Assembly (NCBI GenBank): GCA_964016885.1
Contig: OZ024741.1
Coordinates: 49,290,001-49,354,000 of the forward strand
DNA length: 64,000 nt
Origin: Eledone cirrhosa
Taxonomy: Eukaryota
Reading direction: 5' to 3'
Below are positions 25,101 to 36,807 of this stretch, one piece after another. A model generated the notes under the pieces. That model was not told the DNA's origin. It saw nothing but the letters and a program-made list of their open reading frames with translations, and did no database searches. The stretch's first letter is position 1, and every line of letters begins with the position of its first letter. The position numbers and the translations under genes were made by a program.

Positions 25101-28033
25101 AGTTGCATTTATCTTGCTTTATGTTCATACGAGTTATCACCAAGTCACAACCAGTGACCTCAAGAGACAACAAGGTCCGCCATGTTCAAGAAAGAACATA
25201 CATACTCACACATGCATCTTTAGTGTTTAGACTTGTGATGTACTTATATTGACAGAATCTTCCTTAGTATATGGGCAGTTCCCATTAGTACTATCTTTTG
25301 TATTTCTCCTATACGCGGGTTTCCTGGGATTTGCGATAAGTAATCATTAGACCCCTTAGGTATCATTCCCAGAGCGCCTACAACCACTGGTATTGTTTTA
25401 GTTCTCAATTTCCACATTTTTCCAATTTCTATCTCCAGGTCCTTATACTTGCTCAATTTTTCAAATGTTTTTATAGATACATTCTTGTCTATTGGAACGG
25501 GCATATCAATTAGCGGGCATACCCTCTTTTTAAAGTCCTTCAATATTATATCAGGTCTATTTGCATCTATTTTTCGGTCTGTTTGGATACTAAAGTTCCA
25601 CAAGATTGAGATGTGATCTTTTTCAAGTATGGGAGGTGGTTGATGCTCCCACCAATTCTTTTGATGGGGCAGGTCAAAATGCTTACACATTATCCAATGT
25701 ATGTATTGTGCAGCTCTGTCATGCCTGTTTAGGTATTCGGTTGGAGCTATAGGACTGCACATTGAAATTATATGGTCAATGGTCTCTGGTTGTTTTTTGC
25801 ATACACGGCATAATGGGCTGCATCCATTTTTTATTATGTTGGCTTGGTAATTTTTTGTTGGCAGACACTGATATTGTGCTGATATAATCAGTCCTTCAGT
25901 CTCCGATTTCAGTCCAAAGGATGCCAACCACTGATGGGTTAAAGTTTTGTCAACATCAGGATTGTTAGCTCGTTCTGGGTACTTTCCATACAGAGGCTTT
26001 TCTTGCCATTTCTTAGCCAGTTTCTGTAGCAGTTCTTTCTTTGCAGTTACTTTTACCTGCTTTGCTTTTTCTGTGTTTTCCATTTCAGCAGTAAATGGGA
26101 CTTCTGAAATTTGTAGTCCAGTTCTTTGTGCATCTTTTGTAATGGAATATGATCTTTTGATGCTTTCGTGTTTCAAAACGAGTTTGATCATCCAATCATG
26201 TGATTCCCTTAGATATGTAGATAATCCAATTGTTGCAGTTTTCAACGCAATGTCTAACTGGATTAACCCACGTCCTCCTTCTTTCCTAGGGAGATATATT
26301 CTATCTGTATCTGCCTTAGGGTGATGCATTCTGTGCATGGTTAAGAATTTTCGAATTTTTGTATCGAGCCTACGGATCTCTGTGCTTGACCAGTTGATGA
26401 CATTGTAACTGTAGGCAAGCGTGATGACATTGTAACTGTATGGCAAGCGTGTTTATGGCATCGATCCTATTCCTTACATTCAATTCCGTTCTTAAGATTG
26501 CTCTTACTCTGCGGTAACATTCCTTCCTTATCCTTTCCCTCATTGTCGAGTGCTTGATTCCGTCTCCTTCACAAACAGCTAGATATTTGTAAGTTTTTTC
26601 TTGATCAAGTTCTCTTATCAAGTTCCCCCGATCAAGATTAATGTCTGAACTCTTCAGCAGCTTTCCTCTGGTGAACGTTGCTTTGGCGCATTTATCTAGT
26701 CCAAACTCCATTTTAATGTCATCACTGAACTGCTCCACAGTGGATAATAGCCCTTGCAATTGTTCATCATTTTTTACAAATAGTTTCAGGTCATCCATGT
26801 AGAACAAGTGATTAATGGTTTTGTCATAGACTTTATATCCATGTTTTGTTTCATTGAGCATTTTACTTAATGGTATAAGTGCGATGCAGAATAAAAGCGG
26901 TGATAAAGAGTCACCCTGAAAAATTCCACAATTAATATTAACTTCTCCAGCTTCCAGTGATTTTGTTTCACTATTCAAAAGAAGTGTCGTTTTCCATGTC
27001 TTCATACTGAATGACAAAAACCTCCTGACAACGGGGGATATTTTGAAAATCTCTAAACATTTTTCAATCCAACTGTGTGGCAAACTATCGAATGCTTTTT
27101 CATAATCTATCCAAGCAATCGATAGATTTTTGTGTCTATTATGACAATCTTCCAGTATCATTTTGTTAACCAAAGCTGATCCTTACACCCTTTCTGCTCA
27201 ATGGGAAATAGGTCATTTGTTATCAGGTGGTCATATGTGTATTCAGTTAGGACTGATGTTAACATTTTATACATTGTGGTCAAGCAAGTTATCGGTCTGT
27301 AATTTTTGGGATTGTTTGTCTCATCATTCTTCGGAAGCAGGAATGTAATGCCGTTAACTAGCCATGATGGTATCTTTTCTGGCTCCTTAACTATTTCATT
27401 GTAAAGTTGGGCTAACAGCTCATGAGACTCTGTGAAGGCATTTATCCAAAAATTTTGTATTTTGTCTTTTCCTGGGGATTTCCATTTGCTGGTTTTTCTT
27501 AGAGCCAAGCGCAACTGTTCAACTGTTATATTTTCCCATATTTGTTCTTCAAGGTGAGCTGTATCTTTCATTTGTCTGTCTATCCATGGGGCATGTATGT
27601 TATGAGCTTTTTCTTCGGCCCAGATCTTTTCCCAGAATTCTTGCACTTCCTCCTTGGGTGGTATTGATTTAGCAGTTATTGTTGACTTACCAATTTTTCT
27701 GTAGAAGTTTCTTTGGTTGTTTTTGAACATATTATTATCCTTATAGAATCTAGATCGTTTTTCAAAGCGCCTTATACGAGCAGCTTTGGCCGACACTTTT
27801 TGCTTGATTATTTCTATCAGCATGTCTATGTCACTTGTTGATTTTATACTGTACTTTCTTTTCAATTTTCTAAGTTTAGTTTGTTTAACATGTTCACCTA
27901 CTTTATAGTTTGTTAAAATTTCTATGTCAGATCGGAGAAGGTTTATTTGGCGATTGATGTTCTCTTGCCAAGTAGATTTCTTGTGGGAATTCCTTTGTTT
28001 TTTCATCTTCACTCCACATAAGTGAGTGGTGAC
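25099..28033 (-). mobile_element. R4/Dong-clade non-LTR retrotransposon (RT + CCHC + restriction-like endonuclease), 5'-truncated and frameshifted
   Basis: ORFs 27158-28012, 26370-27173 and 25244-26446: KSPGKD, NYRPITCL, IDYEKAFDS, GIFQGDSLSP, FYMDD, CRVC..ETIDHIISMC, RHD, NRPDI, EKLSKY. (TAA)n on both sides. Confidence 0.92.
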
Positions 28034-28089
<56 letters not shown>

Positions 28090-30900
28090 GGCGACCTACG
28101 TAGGAAATCGTATTATCGTGAGCCCCGCAAAGGTTTGTTGTTTTCAATTATTTTAAATTACCATTTATGGAAATTTTTTGTTGTTAAATGTTTATCAGGT
28201 CACATATATTGCTTTCGGAAAAGGACACTCAAAAAGATTGGGGCCTTGAGCCCAAAATTTAAACTTTTATAATTATCAAACAAAAAATTTCTTTGAAAAA
28301 AGTATGGACGACTCACAGCTACACCAAGCTGACAGCCTCCCTCACAAACTAACACCTCACACCAACACCACCATTGTAAATATTACTACTTTTGCCAACA
28401 CTAAAAATATAAGCAGTAGCAATATTTTAAATTTGTCTCAGGCAGACATTCATTTCCCGCCATTACCAATGACTGCAGGTGTTGAAGCCGCCACTCCCAC
28501 CACCACCACAGCGACAACAGAAACAAAAGAAAAGAATAAATTATCTAGTGATATCGAAACGAATTCAGCCAAAATGAACTCTTCCACACCGAACACCAGG
28601 TAAATCGCCTGGTTTGGATGGTCTGCCCTATGAACTTTACGTACAGATGCCAGACTTGTTTGGAGGCCTCTTGGCGGACGTCTACTGCAACTGGTAACAG
28701 AAAGGGAGAATTCCCAGCTCTGTGAGCCGAGGAGCTGTGGCGCTGCTGAGAAAGGATCCGTACAAGAGGGATAACATAGATAATTTCAGGCCCATAACTC
28801 TGCTAAACACAGAGTTCAAGATTTTGGCCAAGGTGCTAGCAAAGAGGTTGGCGCTTGTCATTGGTGGTCTGGTGGGAGATGCGCAGACATGGGCCATTCC
28901 CGACAGATCCATCCACGACAACCTCCACCTCATGCGATACATCGTAGAGAGGGTAGCTAGGGAACCTGGCACGGGTGGGTCGTTGATCAATTTAGATCAG
29001 TCGAAAGCTTTCGATAGGGTCGACCATCGTTACCTAGCAGCAGTCCTGAGGGCGGCTGGCTTTGGGCCCGTCTTCAGAGGCTGGATCGCTGCCATGCACA
29101 GCGACATCTGCTCTGTGGTGAGAGTGAACGGTCACCTTTCGGAACCGTTCAACATCATGCGCTCGGTCCGCCAAGGATGTCCCATCTCGTCCCTTTTGTA
29201 CGTATTGACTCTCGAGCCATTACTGCACAAACTGGAGACGTTGAGGGAGGTCCCGCGCGAACTAGGATGCGGAAGATCCGTGTCAGCATATGCGGACGAT
29301 GTCACCGTAGTGGTGTCGAACGCCAAACACATCGAGGCGATCAGCACTACACTAAGAGAATACGAAGCGGTGACAGGAGCAATGATCAACCAGGAAAAGT
29401 CAGTGGGCCTGCAGCTCGGCACCTGGAGAGGCAGGTCCATGCCGTCCAACAGCGTCGTCGGGCGCTGGACGGACGGACCGGTTAAATTGCTAGGGGTCTG
29501 GTTCGGTCCGGACCTCCAGACGGACAAAAACTGGGACGAGGTGACGAGCAGGGTGGCTTCTCTCACCCGGAAATGGGCGGAGAGGAAGCTGTCCCTGAAA
29601 GGTCGAGCGGAGGTGGCTAACGTGTACATCGCGTCCGTCATCTACTACCGCCTGACCGTCGTACCTTGTCCTAAGCCCCGCCTGACTGCGCTGGAGCGTT
29701 TGCTCTTTCGCTTTTTGTGGAAGGGACGCGCTCCGATGGTCAGGCGGTCCATCTTCTGTCAACACCCGCTACGTGGAGGGCTGGGCATGCCGTGGCTGAT
29801 GATGCGCAGACACGCGCTCAGGCTACGACATCTCCACCTCTTCCTCGACGGTGATCAGGTGTGGTCGCCGTTTGCTAGACACGTTTTTCCCCAGCTCGTC
29901 TCCTTGACGGAGCTGCAGTCCTGGGTCAAGCGAAGACCGAGAGGGAGCGCTTGGAGACTGGAATGTCTTCAGGCGCTCACAGCCCTCGACCAATCAGGCA
30001 ATGTGATCGGTGGAAACTCCACCTTGGCGTTCTATAGGGGATTAGTGGTGGGGAAGGGCGACGACGTACTTGGAGAAACTCTAGGCATCGACGAAAATCA
30101 ACTAGCCAATCTCTTCGGAAGGACTTTCGGGCCGGGGCCTATGGACAACTTCCAGAAATCCCTGGCCTGGCAGTGCTACCGAGGAGCTTTGCCAGTTCGG
30201 GATAAACTCTACAGGCATGGAGGTGCCGTCATCCGGGCATGTCCGAGATGCGCGCAGGGCGACGAAACCGTCCTGCACGCACTCGTCCAGTGTCCGAGCA
30301 TTGCTGACTTGTGGGTTTATGTCGAACACCTGCTGTCACGTGTAGGACGGATCCAGCTATCAGCTGAGTCCATCGTGAGGATTGCCCCGCCCCCTTCCTT
30401 TAGCCTGGAAGGGCAGGCAGTTTTTATCTGTCTGGTGGCCATGGCGAAAGAGATAGTATGGTGGACACGTTTGAAAAGGCTGAAGACGAGCACTTACCTC
30501 TTCGGCGATGCCCTGATTAACTTTTTCAAATTTCATTTGAAAAGGAAAATCAGGGTAGAGAGGGAAGTGCTCTCTTCCCAGCATTTTGTTGAAAGATGGG
30601 TGAGAGAAGCAAGTATGGCCCGAATGAATGGGCCTTCTCTGAGTATGTGTCTGTAAATTAAAGGTGGAAAACTGGGAGAGGGCACTTGCCCTGGTGGTCA
30701 GGGCCACTGTGGTCTTTTAATGGGCTTTCTCCACAAATGTCCCTCGGAAGTCTCCCCCCTATTGGGGAATTTTTCTTTGTTATTTTATTTCAACCTCTGT
30801 TTTTTTTACACGCAGAAATGCCCATTTGTACCGTCCTGTATTGTACTGTACTGTCCTTAATGTCTACTTTATGTAAACCCTTGTAGTTAATAAAGAAAAC
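28090..30900 (+). mobile_element. Tx1/L1-clade LINE with retained 5' end and a large internal deletion
   Basis: Putative 5'UTR and short ORF1-like start 28304-28603 joined directly to GKSPGLDGLPYE; 3' AATAAA then (ATT)n. Confidence 0.85.
28722..30656 (+). CDS. LINE ORF2 part: reverse transcriptase and C-terminal CCHC zinc-binding domain
   Basis: NFRPITLLN, LDQSKAFDRV, VRQGCP.S.LLY, AYADD, GGLG, CPRC...ET.LHALVQC. Upstream in-frame TAA at about 28695 and no endonuclease, so probably non-functional. Confidence 0.85.
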   Translation: MSRGAVALLRKDPYKRDNIDNFRPITLLNTEFKILAKVLAKRLALVIGGLVGDAQTWAIPDRSIHDNLHLMRYIVERVAREPGTGGSLINLDQSKAFDRVDHRYLAAVLRAAGFGPVFRGWIAAMHSDICSVVRVNGHLSEPFNIMRSVRQGCPISSLLYVLTLEPLLHKLETLREVPRELGCGRSVSAYADDVTVVVSNAKHIEAISTTLREYEAVTGAMINQEKSVGLQLGTWRGRSMPSNSVVGRWTDGPVKLLGVWFGPDLQTDKNWDEVTSRVASLTRKWAERKLSLKGRAEVANVYIASVIYYRLTVVPCPKPRLTALERLLFRFLWKGRAPMVRRSIFCQHPLRGGLGMPWLMMRRHALRLRHLHLFLDGDQVWSPFARHVFPQLVSLTELQSWVKRRPRGSAWRLECLQALTALDQSGNVIGGNSTLAFYRGLVVGKGDDVLGETLGIDENQLANLFGRTFGPGPMDNFQKSLAWQCYRGALPVRDKLYRHGGAVIRACPRCAQGDETVLHALVQCPSIADLWVYVEHLLSRVGRIQLSAESIVRIAPPPSFSLEGQAVFICLVAMAKEIVWWTRLKRLKTSTYLFGDALINFFKFHLKRKIRVEREVLSSQHFVERWVREASMARMNGPSLSMCL

Positions 30901-30913
30901 ATTATTATTATTA

Positions 30914-30956
<43 letters not shown>

Positions 30957-31757
30957 TGGGTAATTTCTGGCCTTGTGCCTAACGTAGAAACAATTATTAT
31001 TATTATTATTATTATTATTTTTTTTTTTCATGACTTTCAGAGAATAGGATGATAGCTATCCTGGTGTTATCTGAACGCACAGAAACGACAACCGAATTCA
31101 ACTCATATCATATGCACTGATCTACTTCAAACCACCTAGCAAAATTTCATCATTAAATTTGTTGTTCTCATTTTGTAGAAACTTTCTGGGAGATATTTTT
31201 TTCTTTTTTCTTAAGTAAGAAATAAATATCTTTTGATGGAAAGCTTTCAAAAATTACAATAATATATTTATTGGCCTTTTGAAAATGTCCTTTTGGAAAT
31301 TAAATATGTTCAAACGCTGCTTTCGCAACTTCTTATTTTCTCATTTGTTATCAAACAAAATGGTGACATTGGAGGAAAAATATCATGGGTTTAGCGCATC
31401 TTCAGTTTCTCTTGACCTTGTTTAATTCATGAAAACCCTTCCTTCCTAACTTCAATAAAACTTCAAGTTGTACTTTTTCTTTTTCCTTTTCTTAATTTAT
31501 TCTTTAATTCTATCCCCTATACAGTTTCTTTTCATCATTCCCACTTTTACTATACCCCCCCCCCCCCACACACACACATAGATAGATAAGTTCATACATA
31601 CGTACGCACACATGTACTGACACTCACACACACACATACACACACAACCACATATATTTGGTGTGCATGTTTGTACATGTATGTCTGTATAGTATGCGTA
31701 TTATGTGTTTTTGTGTGTATATATGTTGTATATGAAAATAGAGAACCATCTGTGCGT

Positions 31758-31794
<37 letters not shown>

Positions 31795-32114
31795 TATATA
31801 AACAAATATACACGTATATAGATACATTTACATATATTATTTTGGGTTTATCTATATATCTAACTGTCTGTCTATAAAAATAAATATGTATAGGATATAC
31901 ACACAAACAGTGACACACACACAAACACGTACACAGACACACACACATATATATATATACACACACAAGGCGCCCGTTGTTTAGTTACATATTATATACC
32001 ATCGTTTACTCTATATTTCATTTCTCCCCATTTTGTTTAGAACTCGTTTTCTTTTATGTCCGTTTTATCTGTCTACCAGTGTCTTCTTTGACACTGGTAG
32101 ACAGACAGACAGAA

Positions 32115-32632
32115 GAACCAAGAAGGAGACGGGGGGGGGCAGAGAATTAGATAGTAAGAAAGGGAGAGGGGTGGGGGTGGAGAGAGACAGAGAATTAGAT
32201 AGTGAGAAAGAGAGAGGGGTGGGGGGAGACAGAGAATTAGATAGTGAGAAAGAGAGAGGGTGGGGGTGGAGAGAGACAGAGAATTAGATAGTGAGAAAGA
32301 GAGAGGGGTGGGGGAAGAGCGAGATGGGAGGAGGTGGAGAGATGAGGGAGATATAGAGGTAGTGGCAGAGGTAGGGAGAGTGGGAGGTGGAGAGATAGAG
32401 GTAGTGGCAGTGGTAGGGAGAGTGGGAGGTGGAGAGATAGAGGTAGTGGCAGAGGTAGGGAGAGTGGGAGGTGGAGAGATAGAGGTAGTGGCAGAGGTAG
32501 GGAGAGTGGGAGGTGGAGAGATAGAGGTAGTGGCAGAGGTAGAGAGAGTGGGAGGTGGAGAGATAGAAGTAGTGGAAGAGGTAAGGAGAGTGGGAGGTGG
32601 AGAGATAGAGGTAGTGGCAGAGGTAGGGAGAG
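32115..32632. repeat. Two adjacent purine-rich minisatellites
   Basis: About 4 copies of gagacagagaattagatagtgagaaagagagaggggtgg (32115-32310) and about 6.7 copies of the 42-bp gagatagaggtagtggcagaggtagggagagtgggaggtgga (32349-32632). Confidence 0.9.
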
Positions 32633-32915
32633 GGGAATAATAAGAAGATGGTAAAGAAGAAGATAGTGAAATAGATAAGGATGTGATCCAATTGAGAGAA
32701 TGGCTGTGGCTGGTTGTCTCAAACAAGTGTGCTTCTTTTACTTTAGTTTGGTTTTTCATGTTTTATAGTCAGGGGGAGAGGAGATGGGAGGAGGGCGGAA
32801 CCAAAAGGGAAGTGTGAATGTAAGTCGGAGGGGAGGATTTCTTTGGTGATGGTGGTGGTGGTGATGGAGATAGTGATGGTGATGGAAGTGACACAGAGAG
32901 AGAGAAAGACAGAGA

Positions 32916-32948
<33 letters not shown>

Positions 32949-33487
32949 TAGGTGGATGGAGTGTGAGGTGGGTGACTGAAGATACTGCTGACCGTGGGAA
33001 CATCGTCCCGTAAAACAAAAATCAAACGCCAAAATTAACTGACCTCACCAGGAAACAGAAACACATACACGTAGAGAAGATATAACAAATGCCATATACG
33101 TACACACACAAACACATATGTATACTGTTTTTCAGAGATAATTGTTTCTACTATTGGCACAAGGCCAGCAATTATCTCAGTACATTACTGGTACCTTATT
33201 TTATCGACCCCGTAAGGATGAAAGGCCAAGTTAACCTCTTTTCAGAGATAATACTAGCAAGATCCACCCATATCTGTTGCTCTAGCCTCACCCTATTCTC
33301 CTTTATTTCTCGTCTCCTTAATCTTCAGCTACTCATCACTCTTCTTGGGTTTGCAGAATAATTAGGAGCGTCGGATAAAATGTCTGGCGGTATATTAGAG
33401 GTGCTGCTGTTTCTTCTTCTTCTTCTTCTTCTTCTTCTTCTTCTTCTTCTTCTTCTTCTTCTTCTTCTTCTTCTTCTTCTTCTTCTT

Positions 33488-34520
33488 GAGTGAGTCGTGG
33501 GAAGCAGCTGTTTTCAACTGATTCGGCTGGATCCCCAAGCGTGACCAGCCAAGCTCATGGATGGTATCCAGCCATATTGCTCTCATGCAGGTTGGTTTTT
33601 CCGTAAAATCAGTCCAGCGATTCTTTCCTAAGACATTCTAACCACATACCCATAATATCAGAGCTGTGATCTCTCAATTCAGAGAAGTTGCGGCTCTACC
33701 TGGAGTGACTCTTTGATCTCCGAGCTACACACTCTATCGAGTAGTAATGTTACTCTAAAGACTCTTCGGAGGAACCCCCATTTCGGCTGCTTGTATTCGC
33801 GATCGTATTCTTTCAGTCATGACCTAAGATTCATGACCATAGGTAAGGGTTGGCATGAATACCGAATTGAAGATAGCAACTTTGGCTTTTACACCTACCT
33901 CCCTTCTTTTGATTACTAAATGCTGAAGCTGGCGCATTACTGCCCCAGTTCTTGCAATTCTTGCACTTAATTTAGCCCCCTGCCTTCCATGACTCGTGAA
34001 CACAGCACCAAGATACTTCTTCACCTCCTTCAGTGGAACTCCACTCACATGTAGAGTGCACTGCACAAGCTTCCTTGAGAGAACGAGTGTCTCAGTTTTC
34101 GCAGCTCTGATTTTCACTCCAGCCATGCAGCACTCAGCATCAAGTGCTAATCGGAGTCCATCTTCTGTCAAGTTAAGTATGCAAACTCCAGCCGACTGAT
34201 TTTACACTTGCCAGTCGTGACACCACTTCCAACCCGGCTGCATATGTCAATCCTGTTCATGTAAATAATGAACAGGAGAGGTGACGGTAAGCACTCTTGG
34301 CGGAGTACGACTCCCATATTGAATAGTTTCGATTTATCTGAACACACACTAGAGCATTCATATAGAGACATCAGGGCAGCAAGAAGCTGACCATCAATCC
34401 CGTACTCCTGCAGAACCTTCCACAGCAGTTCACGTGGAACGCAGTGAAATGCTTTTTAGAGGTCTACAAAACAAGAATATATATCTTGGCAAAACTCCCA
34501 AGATTTCTCGAAGACCTGCG
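33488..34520 (-). pseudogene. Decayed RTE-clade LINE with an (AAG)n tail
   Basis: LRQEC.PSPLLFIIYM.RI, KYLG.VFT..G, AIFNSVFMPTLTYGHES; (CTT)n at 33411-33487 at its 3' end. Confidence 0.85.
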
Positions 34521-34699
34521 GCAGTGTGAATCGGCTGATGGACAGTGCAGTATATTAGAGCGTCAGATAACATGTCTGACGGTGTTCCGGTTCTTTACGC
34601 TCTCGTTGAAATCAACATTGATTTCCATTTTTCCGAGGTCGATAAAATAAAGTACTGGGGTTGACTTACCCGTTCTCCCAAATAGCTATTCTTGTGTTT

Positions 34700-34769
<70 letters not shown>

Positions 34770-34933
34770 CAGACGCGTGTAACTTCGCAGAGAAGTTTCC
34801 ATTAATTTATGTAAGAAAAAAACGTGAGTTTTCAGTTAAATTTTATATTATTGTGTTATTATTACGTTATGAACGCTGCGTTCAACGATAATGGTGGTGG
34901 AGAGTCGGTAAGACTACAGAGCTCGCAGTCAAC

Positions 34934-36774
34934 ATGGAGATGGAAAGACGAAATGAAAATATAAAAACAAATTCATATTCAAACAACACAAATGACACCA
35001 AACAGTTCAATGACAACAAAAATAACAACAACACCAATAATGATGATAAAAACAACAATGACAACAACAACAAAGAAAAAATAAAGACAACACCAATAAC
35101 ACCAGCATCAAAGACAACAACAACACCAACACCAACACCAAGGAAAATACGAATAATATAAACATCAGTGACAACAAGAATAACAACAACAATAACAACA
35201 ATAATGACAACACCACCAACACGGATAATTCCACAAAGAAACCAAAAATCTCCTTTGCACAGACAGTTCAAAAAAAGGAGTAACTGACATATCTCGACAT
35301 AACAAATGCCGAACAACTTTTAAAGGACGCTAGGAGATATGTTACTTTCGAAAAAAATGGTGCTTTCAGCATCAATTCTCCGGTAGAAATTCGCAAGGAA
35401 ACTGCTCTCAAAACGATAGTTTTTAGGACAGTATCCAATTCTACCCAAAAACCAGTCCAATTGTCACAGAAAGAAATTGAACTGGTTTTCAAAAATTCAA
35501 TGAATGATATTGCATTCATTCAAAGAAGCAAACTTTTTGGGAATATTTCGGTACTCATGAAGGATCAATTGACGGCCCAAAATTACTCTGTGTCGCCAAT
35601 TGTATCCAACCTGTATACCTTTTTCCCTACATACATGGGAAAAAGGACACAAAAGATTAAAATCACGAGTGTCACACCAAAGGTGAACATATGGTGGATA
35701 CTGTGCGGCTTCATCAATTTTGATGAAGACAGAATACTGTCAGAAGGAAAGTCCCCCAGAGATGTATTCAATGGGACTAGCATTGAAGTTCTAGTGCAAA
35801 TGAGCCCAGAGCGAATAGCTATGATCCCACAACGTGTACTCCTGGACGGACTCACCTACATAAACTTTTCGGTTGAGGGTAGGCGGCCTTCATGTTACCA
35901 TTGCTTTAGCAGGAGTCACCTGAGGGCTTCCTGTCCTAAATTAATGAGTCAAAAAAAGGCTCTTCTGCCGACACCCATCAAAACAACACAACCACCAACA
36001 CCAACACAACAACAACACCAACACACAAAAATAACCACAATAAACACAGTCCCACCCAACCCCACTCCACCTAAAACCACTGCAAAATCACATACAGACA
36101 CAACAGCTCCCCAAGACATACCCCTCCCCAATCACACAGACGATACAACAGATGAGGCTATCTCGCCATCACCCAGTGAAGACGAGGGAGAACCCCATCG
36201 CTCGAAAAGAAAGAAAAGACATCACAAAAGCAAAAAACCAGCAAACACTACCATAAACATACAACCACCAACACAAACAACAAAAACATCACAAACAAAA
36301 CCCCCACCTCCTGAAAACAAAATACCTACAACAAAACGAAAGCACACACAAGAACTACAGACAAAAACAAACACAACACAAGAAAATTACACTTACACTT
36401 ACATAAACACTGAAAACAAAACACTAATGGAGACCATCACGAACGACCCTTCGGTAAAAACCGAAGGGAAAACTTTCGCCCACTCTATTAAAAATAACAA
36501 AAAAATGAACCTAAAACTAATTAGGGTCCCTATACAAACTTATAGGTCCCTAAAAGAAACATTTGAGAAGGATGTGGGGAATTCCTGCGTGAAACCACTT
36601 AACCGCGTCCTTCTCAAATGTCTCCCCACCCCAGACACCCCCATCCCACCAGACCCCACCCCACCAAAAATCTCCGTCCCCACCTCGCCGGAAACCACCA
36701 CCCACCCAGACAACCCCTCCAACACCCCCATGGAAATCGTGCAGCCTGGTTCCCAGGAGACGAAGGGTGAGTGA
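34934..36774 (+). pseudogene. LINE ORF1 (gag-like) with CCHC zinc knuckle and P/T-rich tail
   Basis: VEGRRPSCYHCFSRSHLRASCP in ORF 35461-36774; N-terminal low-complexity part 34934-35161 is disrupted. Confidence 0.75.
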
Positions 36775-36807
36775 TCTCTTTGCCTCTTTTAACTTTTCAG
36801 CACCAAC

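Noticed and set aside
32073-32759. Mucin-like 228-aa ORF
   Set aside because: It derives from a 42-bp minisatellite that is open in several frames on both strands.
36767-36800. GTGAGT...TTTTCAG mini-intron between Tx1 ORF1 and ORF2
   Set aside because: It is only 34 nt, and splicing would not put ORF1 in frame with the ORF2 ATG at 36808.
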